Shown piece by piece: positions 47,680 through 58,268 of a DNA stretch of 64,000 bases. The first letter of the stretch is position 1. Every line of letters begins with the position of its first letter. The stretch comes from Hemiscyllium ocellatum. Taxonomy: Eukaryota. The stretch covers positions 36,729,090-36,793,089 of the forward strand of contig NC_083435.1 in the NCBI RefSeq assembly GCF_020745735.1, read 5' to 3'. The notes beneath the pieces were generated by a model. It was given only the letters and a program-made list of their open reading frames with translations, did not search any database and was not told the origin of the DNA. The translations under genes were made by a program, and so were the position numbers.

Positions 47680-49820
47680 TGAAATAACTTCACAGAGGCT
47701 GGTACTCTGTCACTGAGTCACCCTTTATTTACTTGTGTGCAGTTCTCTGGCTGAGACCAGCCAGTTCGGGGCCAGTCCCATGAACCAATGAGACTCTGAT
47801 TCTCCTATTTATATTTGTTTGTTTTTGGTTATCCCCACATTACTACAATACAATAGTGTTACTTGTTCTCCCCCACAGCACCTGGGTTGTGTGTGTGTGT
47901 AAGTGCACGGCCTCAGTGAAAATCCCATTGTGCAAATAACTTTACTCAATATTTCTACCACCAGGAAAAATACCCACGTGGCCAAAGAACCAGAAACAAG
48001 CAAGACCCAAAAGGGGTGATGCTTACATGAAAATCACGGTGAAGCGGGAGGGTGGGGATTAAATGAAATTAGAATTGGAGAGCAATCCACAGACCCAAAG
48101 TGCCTATCTCTAATTCCCCGTGTTTATATTTTTCTTCAAGGTATGATGTTGGAAATGCTTATTCCAATTCCAAGATGGTTGTTGCAAGCAAATGTTCTTT
48201 AGGCACATCCTGTCTTCTCCCCTCACCACTGAAATAACTGCACGAAAGCTGGCATCCCAACACCAAGGCCCCCTTTATGTACTTGGGCGCAGTACACTGG
48301 CTGTGGCGAGCTAGCTCAGGTTCAGCTCCCTGCACTGAGGAGATTTTAATCCTCTGATTTTATACATACATATTTGATATATATATAAAATGTTAATACT
48401 CCTACACTACTGCAGTAAGGCTTATATTCCCCAGCACCAGTGTTTGTGTCTGTGTGCAGGTGTAAGACACGGTCAAAAAGGCCAAGTGTAAATAACTTTA
48501 TTCACACTGTGCCACCAGGAAAGACCCCCGTGTGGCGAGTGGCCAGGGAGAAACGCAGCCCGGAGTGAGCATTGCTCACGTGAGAAAGGTGAACAGGAGG
48601 GAACGGGCTAAATCAAAACCGAGTTGGAGAGGGAAATAAAGCACCCCATCCCCTCCCCACGGTGCCCACCTCTAATCCCCAGTTTATATATTCATTCTTT
48701 CCTTTTTTAGCTCAAAGAAACAAAACAGAAACAAAAAAAAAGGAAGGCAATGTCTCAGACCAAGAGGAATTTTCCACAGAGGGCACTGGCTGCGGCCGAC
48801 CAACTCACAGTCAGTCCCCGGAACTGAGGAGATTCTCATCTCCTGGTTTTATATATTGGTGGGCGGCACGGTGGCACAGTGGTTAGCACTGCTGCCTCAC
48901 AGTGCCTGAAACCCGGGTTCAATTCCCGACTCAGGCGACTGACTGTGTGGAGTTTGCACGATCTCCCCGTGTCTGCGTGGGTTTCCTCCGGGTGCTCCGG
49001 TTTCCTCCCACAGTCCAAAGATGTGCGGGTCAGGTGAATTGGCCATGCTAAATTGCCCGTAGTGTTAGGTAAGGGGTAAATGTAGGGGTATGGGTGGGTT
49101 GCGCTTTGACGGATCGGTGTGGACTTGTTGGGCCGAAGGGCCTGTTTCCACACTGTAAGTAATCTAATCTAATATTCACGTGTGTGGATATTCTTTATTT
49201 CTGTTCTTCCACACAGAGAAGAAACATCAACTACAAAAAAACTTCATTCATATTCCACCACAGGAAGACCAAAGCACCCACGTGGCCAGTGATAAGCAGA
49301 GCCCTTCTCATCAAAGGGAGGGCAGGGATTAAATCAAAATAGAGTTGGAGGGAGAAATAAAGCACTCCACGCCCTGGGGTGCCCACCTCTTCCTCACACC
49401 CTCGGGGGTGTTGGGTTGACACTGCGTGCTCCTTCTTCAGGGATACCTGGGCCCAAACAGTCCCCTGGTGAATATTTTCTTTATTGAGGAGTTTCTAAAT
49501 CTCCTGGTTATATATTTTTAATTCATCCCCCCCACACAGACACACCCACGTTACCACCTAACAGCAGTAGTGCTTATATTTTTCCCCAGCCCCCATCTGG
49601 TGTGTGTGCAGGTGTCGAACACAGTGAAGAACAATAAGTGTGTAAACCATTATTTATATTTCACCACCAGGAAGAATGGAAACACCAGGGTGGCCAGTGA
49701 CAAGCAGTGTCCTTTTCAGAGGGCGTTGCTGTGTGATCAAAAAGGTGAAGGGGAGGGCAGAGATTAAATCAAAACAGAGTTAGAGGGGGAAATAATGCCC
49801 TCCACTCCCTGTGACGCCCA
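47680..49820 (-). mobile_element. Four tandem composite units: Tx1 3' end joined to LTR-like TATA/AATAAA/TTTCA segment
   Basis: Units about 47680-48130, 48230-48692, 48770-49434, 49435-49820; each has aaatxaaa..agaxtt(g/a)gag (Tx1 stop region), ccaccaggaa, gaggag/gaga..ct(g)..ttta(t)at. Confidence 0.6.
48862..49172 (+). mobile_element. tRNA-derived SINE, young-looking copy
   Basis: tggcacagtggttagc, ggttcaattcc, tail gtaatctaatctaat. Confidence 0.92.
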
Positions 49821-52235
49821 CCCGAGGAAACTGGTGAAGTCCACATTGATGCCGTGTGATTGGAAGGTCCCAAGGTGGAAGATGAGGTGTTCTTCCTCCA
49901 GGCGTCGGATGGTTGGAGGGTGGCGATGGAGGAGATCCAGGATTTGCATGTCCTTGACGGAGTGGGAGGGAGAATTGAAGTATTCAGCCACAGGGTGGTG
50001 GGGTTGGTTGGTGTGGGTGTCCCAGAGATGTTCTCTAAAGGGCTCTGCAAGTCGGCGTCCTGTCCCCCCAATGTAGAGAAGACCTCATTGATCTTTTTAT
50101 TTCAAACTGCCGCCTTGATCACCTTAACCTGTCTACCACCCCTTCCCCCACTCCAACCTCTCACCCTCGCAACACATAGCCCTCCACTCCCTCCGTTCCA
50201 ACCTCAACTTCACCATCAAACCAGCGGATAAAGGGAGTGCAGTGGTAGTTTGGCACACTGACCTCTACACCGCTGAAGCCAGGCGCCAATTCGAAGACAC
50301 CTCCTCCTACTGCCCCCTTGACCATGAACTCACCTCCCAACACCAAACCATCATCTGCCAGACCATACACTACCTCATCACCTCAGAGGACCTCTCACCC
50401 ACAGTTTTCAACACCAAGGTTCGGGAACCCTGCACCTCATGGTTCTGTCTCCCACCCAAGATCCACAAGCCTGACTACCCTGGCCAACCTATCATCTCGG
50501 CCTGCTCCTGTTCCACCAAACTAGCCTCCACCAACCTTGATACTGTCCTATCCCCCCAGTCCAGAAACTCCCCACATACATTCGGGACACCACCCATGCC
50601 CTCTGCCTCTTCCAGGACATTCATTTCCCTGGTCCCCAATGCCTCATCTTCACCATGGACAGCCAGTCCCTATACACCTCCATCTGCTATGACCAAGCCC
50701 TCCGTTCTTCCTCTCCCAGTGTCCCCACCAGGACCACTTCACTGACACTCACATTTGTTTGACTGAACTAGTCCTCACTCTCAAGAATTTCTCCTTCGAA
50801 TCCTCCCAGTTCCTCCAGATGAAAGGTGTAGCCATGGGCAGCCGCATGCGCCCCAGCTATGCTGGTCTCTTTGTTTATGTGGAATAGTCTATCTTCCACA
50901 GTTCCACTGGCACCGCTCCCAATGTTTCCCTCCGCTACATTGATGGCTGCATTGGTGCCACCTTGTGTTCCCATGAGGGGGTTGAACAGTTCATCAACTT
51001 CACCAACACACTCCATTCGACCTGAAGTTCACCAGGACCACCACAGACACCTCCCTCCTCTTTTTGGATCTCTCCATCTCCATCAACAGTGACTGACTCA
51101 ACATAGACATTTTCTACAAACCCACTGGCTCCCACCTCTACCTGGACTACACTACCTCCCACCCTACTTCCTGTAAAAATTGCTATCCTGTATTCCCAAT
51201 TCCTTCGCCTCCGCTGCATCTGCTCCCAGGAGAATCAGTTCCACCACAGAACACACCAGATGGCCTCCTTCTTCAATGACAACAATTTCCCCTCCCACGT
51301 GGTTGATGATGCCCTCCGGCCCCCTTCCTGTACCTCTGCCCTCCAACTGGAACAAGGATAGAACCCCCGATCCTCACCTTCCATCCCGTACACATCACAT
51401 CATCCTCTGCCATTTCCGCCACCTGCAAACGGACCCCACCACAGAGATATATTTCCATCCCCACCCCTACTCGCTTTTCGTAAAGACAATTCCCTTTGCG
51501 ACTCTGTTGTCAGGTACACGCCCCTGACCGACCCACCCTCTCCTTCGCCAGGATTGCAAAACCTGCCCTCCTCATCTCCGTCCAATGCCCCAAAGGAGCC
51601 TTCCACATCCATCAGAGCTTTACCTGCACTTCCACACATGTCATTTACTATATCTGTTGCTCCCAATGTGGTCTCCTCTACACTGGGGAGTAAGGCGCCG
51701 ACTACTTGCAGAGGACTTTAGAGAACATCTTGGGGGCACCTGCACCAACCAACCCCACCGCCTTGTGGCCGAACACTTCAACTCCCCCTCCCACTCCGCC
51801 AAGAACGTGCCAGTTCTGGGCCTCGTCCATCGCCACACCCAAACCACCTGACACCTGGAGGAAGAACACGTCATCTTTCGCTTTGGGACCCTCCAATCTC
51901 ACAGCATCAATGTGGTCTTCACCAATTTCCACATTTCCCCTCGCCACACCTTACGTCAGTTCCAACCTTCCAGCTCAGCACCATCCTTCCTGTCCATCGT
52001 CCTTCCCACCTATCTGCTCCACCCTGCTCTCTGACCTATCATCATTACCCCCATCTTCATCCACTATCACAGTCTCAGTTACCTTCTCCCCAAGCCCAAC
52101 CCGTTCCCATTGATCTGTCCACCCTGAGGCTCCCAGCCTCATTCCTGATGAAGAGCTCTTACCCGAAACGTCCATTCTCTTGCTCCTTGGATGCTGCCTG
52201 ACCTGATGTGTTTTTTCAGCATCACACTCTCGACC
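49821..52235 (+). mobile_element. Penelope-like element (decayed RT and GIY-YIG, pLTR) with inverted 3' copy at its 5' end
   Basis: PKIHKP..PGQPIIS, gtagccatgggc..cccagctatgc (GVAMG..PSYA), RYID, VIYYICC..LYTGE; 49821-50090 is an inverted copy of about 51670-51920. Confidence 0.88.
52141..52176 (+). ncRNA. Minimal type I hammerhead ribozyme motif, core intact, helices degraded
   Basis: CTGATGA 52145-52151, GAAACGTC 52165-52172. Confidence 0.55.
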
Positions 52236-52854
52236 CCGAATTCTATGGAGTTGAGTGATGTCATTGAAAGATAGATTCTTGAGGGGACTTGGCTGGGTGG
52301 GTGTTAAAAGGATGGTTCCTCAGATGGAGCAGGTGTAAAAGGCCGAGTGGCCTCACCTTCTTCCTTGTTCATAGCCATTAATTCCAGATTTCTGAATTAC
52401 ATTTAAATTTTATCATTTGCACTGTTGAAATTCAAATCCAAGTCCCAGTGCATTAGCTAGGGTCTGGGTGGATTATTATCCAGTCAGGGTTTGAAGACTT
52501 TGGGAATCTTCTTTTATTGTTGGCTGTTTAAGTGCCCACTAGCATTTCCAACAGGATGTGGTCAGAGTTTGGATTTGATCTGTTGGTTATGGGATCACTT
52601 CAATCTGTCTCAGGCTGCTGAGTGTGCCAGTTCTCTTGCAGCATTGCTTCCCAAGGCTGACACCTCATATTTGTAAATGCTCTTGGCAGATCTCTTTAAA
52701 ACTAGGGTCACTCCTCCAGTCCAGTGGGGATTGGCTGGGCCAGGAGCTCACAGATTGTGGTCATATGTAGATTAACGACGGCTGATGGCTACATCTCCTC
52801 ATGGAAGCCCAGGTTGAGTTGCTGGATCTGTCAGGGTCACACAACAGAGATTCC

Positions 52855-53250
52855 CCGAATCATAGAGATGTACAGCATAGATCATGGCATTCAGATATCC
52901 GAGATAAATCTAGTCCCATTTGCCAACATTTGGCCAATATCCCTCTAAACTGTTGCTATTCATATATGCATCCAGATGCCTTTTAAACGTAATTGCACCC
53001 ACCTCTTCCACTCCCTCTGGCAGCTCATTCCATACATACACCACCCCGTGTGTGAAGAAATTGCCCCTTTGATCCCTTTTAAATCTTTCTCCTCTCACCT
53101 TAAACCTGTGCTGTCTAATTTTGGATTCCCCACCCTGGGAAAAAGACTTTGTCTGTTTACCCTATTCATGCCCCTCATGATTTTACAAACCTCGATAAGA
53201 TCAGCCTTCAGCCTCTGACATTCCAGGGAAAACAGCCCCTCCCTATAGGA
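52855..53250 (-). mobile_element. CR1 3' end
   Basis: Reverse strand GLFSLECQRLKADLIEV and 3'UTR. Confidence 0.85.
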
Positions 53251-53254
53251 CAAA

Positions 53255-55078
53255 GGGTAACTAAGGAGAGAATAGGGGCCCTCAAAGGTCAGCAGGGTGG
53301 CCTTTGTGTGGAGCCGCAGGAGATAGGGGAAGATACTAAACGAGTATTTCGCATCAGTATTTACTGTGAAAAAGGACATGGAAGATACTGAATGTAGGGA
53401 AATAGATGGTGACATCTTGAAAAATGTCCATATTACAGAGGAGGAAGTGCTGGATGTCTTGAAATGCAAAAAAGTGGATAAAACCTCACAACCTGATCAG
53501 GTGTACCCTAGAACTCTGTAGGAAGCCGGGCCTCTTACTGAGATATTTTTATCATCGATAGTCACAGGTGAGGTGCCGGAAGACTGGAGGTTGGCAAACA
53601 CTGTTTAAGAAGGGTGGTAAGGACAAGTCAGGGAACTAAAGACTGGTGAGCCTGACTTCGGTGGTGGGCAAGTTGTTGGAGGAAATCCTGACGGACAGGA
53701 TGGTCATGTATTTGGAAAGGCGAGGACTGATTAGGGATAGTCAACATGGCTTTGTGCGTGGGAAATCATGTCTCACAAACTTGATTGAGTTTTCTGAATA
53801 AGTAACAAAGAGGATTGATGAGGGCAGAGCAGTAGATGTGATCTATGTGGACCTCAGTAAGGCATTTGACAAGGTTCCCCATGGGAGACTGATTAGCAAG
53901 GTTAGATCGCATTGAATACAGGGAGAGCTAGCCATTTGGATACAGAACTGGCTCAAAGGTAGAAGACAGAGGGTGGTGGTGGAGGGTTGTTTTTCAGATT
54001 GGAGGCCTGTGACCAGTGGAATGCCACAAGGATCGGTACTATGTCCACTACTTTTCATCATTTATATAAATGATTTGGATGCGAGCATAAGAGGTACAGT
54101 CAGTAAGTTTACAGATGACACCAAAATTGGAGGTGTAGTGGACAGCGAAGAAGGTTACCTCAGATTGCAACGGGATCTTGATCAGATGGGACAGTGGATT
54201 GAGAAGTGACAGATGGAGTTTAATTTAGATAAATGTGAGGGGCTGCATTTTGGAAAGGCAAATCTTAGCAGGATTTATACACTATATAATGGTGAGTTCC
54301 TCGGGAGTGTTGCTGAACAAACAGACCTTGGAGTGCTGGTTCATAGCTCCTTGAAAGTGGAGTCGCAGGTTTGAGCTATAGAATCATAGAGTGATAGAGA
54401 TATACAGCATGGAAACAGACAGGGCAATGAAGAAGGCGTTTGGTATGCTTTCCTTTATTGGTCAGAGTATTGAGTACAGGAGTTGGGAGGTCATGTTGCG
54501 GTTGTACAGGACATTGGTTAGGCCACTGTTGGAATATTGCATGGAACTCTGGTCTTCTTCCTATCGGAAAGATGTTGTGAAATTTGAAAGAGTTCAGAAA
54601 AGATTTACAAGGATGTTGCCTGTGTTGGAGAATTTGAGCTCTTGGGAGAGGTTGATTAGGCTCAGGTTTTTTCCCTGGAGCACTGGAGGCTGAGGGGTGA
54701 CCTTATAGAGGTTTACAAAATCATGAGGGGCATGGATAGGATAAATAAACAAAGACTTGTCACTGGGGTGGAGGGAGTCCTGAACTAGAGGGCCAAGGTT
54801 TAGGGTGAGAGGGGAAAGATATAAAAGAGATCTAAGGGGCAACTTTTTCATGTAGAGGGTGATACAGGTTTGGAATGAGCTGCCAGAGGATGTGGTGGAG
54901 GCTGGTACAATTGCAACAGTTACAAGGCATCTGGATGGGTATATGAATAGGAAGGGTTTGGAGGGATATGGCCCGGGTGCTGGCAGGTGGGACTAGATTG
55001 GGTTGGGATATTTGGTCGGCACGGACGGGTTGGACCGAAGGGTCTGTTTCCGTGCTGTACATCTCTATGATTCTATAG
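53255..55078 (+). mobile_element. 5'-truncated CR1 with decayed RT
   Basis: QHGF, AFDKVPH, GMPQGSVL, FTDDTK; tail ctctatgattcta. Confidence 0.9.
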
Positions 55079-55224
55079 CTCAAACCTCAGCCTCTGATGC
55101 TCCAGGGAAAACAGCCACCCCATAGCTCAAACACTCGAGCATTGGCAACATCTTTGTCAATCTTTTGAGTTTCACAACATTCTTCTTTTAGCCTGGAGTA
55201 CAGAATTGCACACTGTATATCTTT

Positions 55225-55383
55225 TAGACTGTGGGAGGAAACTGGAGCACCCACAGGAAACCCACGCAGACACGGGGAGAATGTGCAAACTCCACACAGA
55301 CAGACAGTCACCTGAGGCCAGAATCAAACCCGGATCCCTAGCGTTGTGAGGCAGCAGTGCTAAACACTGAGTCACCGTGCTGA
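55225..55383 (-). mobile_element. tRNA-derived SINE 5' half
   Basis: Reverse strand cggtgactcagtgtttagcactgctgcc head. Confidence 0.85.
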
Positions 55384-55384
55384 C

Positions 55385-56950
55385 TTGCGATCCAGTAATA
55401 ACACCACTAGGCCATTGCACTGAGCAATAAAGGAAAGCATACAAAATTCCTTCTTTACCGTCCTAACTACCTGTAACCCCACTCTCAAGGAGCTATGAAT
55501 CAAGGTCTCTTTGTTCAGTCACACTCTCCAGGACCTTACCATTAGGTCATGCCCTGATTTGCTTTTCTGAAAAGCAGGACCTCACATTTATCTAAATTCA
55601 ACTCCATCTGCCACTCCTCAGCCCATTGATCCATCCGATCAAGATCCTGTTGTAATCTGAGGTAACCTTCTTCCCTGACCAGCACACCTCCAAATTTTGG
55701 TGAAATCTGAAAACTTACTGACTCTACCTCCTATGTTCACATCCAGATCATCCTCTGCCCAGCTGCACCAGTCTCAGGTTGATCTCTTTCCTCACTGTCT
55801 CCTTGGGTCGCACCCCCCGACCTTACTAGTTCAAATCCTTCTGAACAGCTCTGGCAAATCTCCCTGCCAATATATTAGTTCCCTTCCAATTTAGGTGCAA
55901 TCTGTCCTTCTTGTACAGGTCACTTCTACCCCAGAAGAGATTCCAATGATCCAAAAATGTGAACCTTTCTCCCCTGCACTTGCTCCTTAACTACCCATCC
56001 ATCTGCTCTATCCCTTATTCCTATTGTCACCAGCTCATGGCACTGAAAGTCATGCAGATATGACAATACTCCAGAACCTTTTTTCAAAAATTCTGGCCTA
56101 ACTTCCTAGATTCTCTCCTCAGAATCTCATCCTTTTCTCTTCCTATGTTGTTAGTTCCAATATGTACAACAACCTCCTGCTGGTCCCTCTCCCCTTTGAG
56201 AATATTCTGCACCCTTTCCCAGGTATCCTTGATCCGAGCAGCAGGGGGGCAAGGCACCATTCCGATTTCTTGTTGTCGGCTGCCGAAAAGTCTACCTGTG
56301 CCTCTGACTAGAGAGTCCCCGATCACAATCGATTGCTTGGGATCTGACGTACCCCTTTTTACATTAGAGCCAGTTTTGGTCAGAAACATGGCTGTTCATG
56401 TTACATTCCATCACCCCTCTCCATTTTCCAAAACAGTATACTTGTTTGAGATGGGGATAACCACAGGAGACTCCTGCACTCCCTCGCTCCCTCTCCTACC
56501 TTTCCTGGAGCTGACTGTGTGCAGCTTTTCCTCCCTTCGTCTCACTGCCATCCATCACACCTGCCCCCGACCCTCACCCCGGCTCCTGTACATTCCTCAT
56601 TGCCTCTCACTGCCATCCATCACCCCCCCCCGCCCCCGGCTCCTGTACATTCCTCATTGCCTCTCACTGCCATCCATCACACCACCCCACCCCCCGGCTC
56701 CTGTACATTCCTCATTGCCTCTCACTGCCATCCATCACACACCCCCCCCCCCGGCTCCTGTACATTCCTCATTGCCTCTCACTGCCATCCATCACACACC
56801 CCCCCCCCCCGGCTCCTGTACATTCCTCATTGCCTCTAGCTGCTGCTCCAACCGATCCATGCAATTTGATAGGGTTCACAACCAAACAGACTTCCTGCAG
56901 ACATCATTATCAGTAACATGGAAACTCTCCCTCATCTCTCACATCTGACA
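55385..56950 (-). mobile_element. Internally deleted CR1 (ORF1 plus ORF2 C-terminal piece)
   Basis: GDSLVRG, VVVHIGTNNIG (esterase); QLEAMRNVQE (zipper); ORF2 remnants 55390-55750. Confidence 0.8.
56525..56837. repeat. 57-58-bp minisatellite, 5 copies with variable poly-C
   Basis: ggctcctgtacattcctcattgcctct at 56581, 56638, 56696, 56753, 56811. Confidence 0.95.
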
Positions 56951-57224
56951 GGAAGTGCACATCATTTGACTGAAGGCCAGTGCTGCTCCTTAACAATCCA
57001 CAGAGCCAGAAAATAGCACAGTCCTCCTGCTCTAAATAAAAACACTAATCCATGCTGACTTCATACCTATGTTTTATATTTTTTAAGTTTAATCAAGAGA
57101 TAATTCTCAATCAAACATAGAATCAAAGAAGAGCCCACTCTACTTACTGTTGTAGCTTTACAAAATAGACAGTAAGGAGACACTTTAAAAAGTCTCTTTG
57201 CTGCTGCCCTGCTGTGAGCTGTCC

Positions 57225-57600
57225 CACACAGGTTTCTCCAAGGTTAGCTGTGAATTTCACTGTTTGTTCATTTTTCTTTGACAAACTCTGGTGTCCAGAA
57301 AAATCTTGAAATCAAAGAGCTGAGGCAGTAGCTGTGCAGATTCACTGCTGGGTCAGACAGTCAGGTAGGTTTTCTTCTCTGTTTGAATTACTTCCCGTGT
57401 GGTCACTACCTTTGTCTGCCTTCCTCCTTTTTTAAAGTGCCATTGTTTTGATCTTTTTTGTCCCAGAGTTCCAAAACAATGCAACAGCTTATAAAACAGT
57501 AATTACAGCTCTTCGAATTTGAGAAAATCAGCTCCAGCACAGAAAATAACTCAAAAAGGGAACAGCTCTTACAGCCACAATGTTTTTCTAGCCTTCCATC
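57225..57600 (-). mobile_element. LTR-like repeat, same family as 27855-28155
   Basis: Shared blocks at 57240-57290 and 57410-57540. Confidence 0.55.
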
Positions 57601-57892
57601 TTGGATGAGCATATGGAAGACATCTTCAATGTGAAGGTGGTATGGCATAGCCCATCGATGGAATCAGCATCTTTCATATTCTCTCAGGAACAGCATCTTG
57701 CACAACTTATTTCTTATGGCGATTTGCAATCCCACTCAATTTTCTACAACATGTCAGGACACTGACCACATTGCCTGTTGTTCCTGGTTTGTGACAGACT
57801 ATGCTCTGATTTGAGTTTATATGACTCTGTATGACAGGTATTGAGCTGCAATCTTCAATTCCCAGTGACACTGGATTGGATCGTGTGACACC

Positions 57893-57992
57893 ATGAGTCA
57901 AGGAGAAACAGTGGTGATAGAGCAGGCAACTTTGGGCCGTCCTTTCCAACTGGGAATGCTGTACGACTGCCGATCCGACTGTCTGATCCCAG
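57893..57992 (+). CDS. Stonustoxin-like MACPF-FN3-GTPase gene, first coding exon
   Basis: accATG at 57893; MSQGETVVIEQATLGRPFQLGMLYDCRSDCLIP(G)|gtaac; LGRPFxLGMLYD is the stonustoxin N-terminal motif; acceptor cccag at 57865. Confidence 0.92.
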
Positions 57993-58268
57993 GTAACACA
58001 ATCTAACTAACTGTAGAGCAATCGACACTGATCTCTATCAGATCATGTGATCCACACCTTGTGATTTCCCAATGTACACCATAAGGTTCACGTGATCCTC
58101 AGAATTTTGTTTCAACTCTGTCGTGTCATTGTTGAATTTTGGAACAGGTAAAACGCAAATAAAACATATGGAAACTATATTACCTGCTGTACACAGTATA
58201 TATTTTCCTCCTTTTGATTCACCATGTTCCTATCAATATTACTGTAATTTGAATTGTTCTTTCTGTAG

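Noticed and set aside
56145-56948. 267-aa + strand ORF
   Set aside because: Antisense of CR1 ORF1 plus minisatellite
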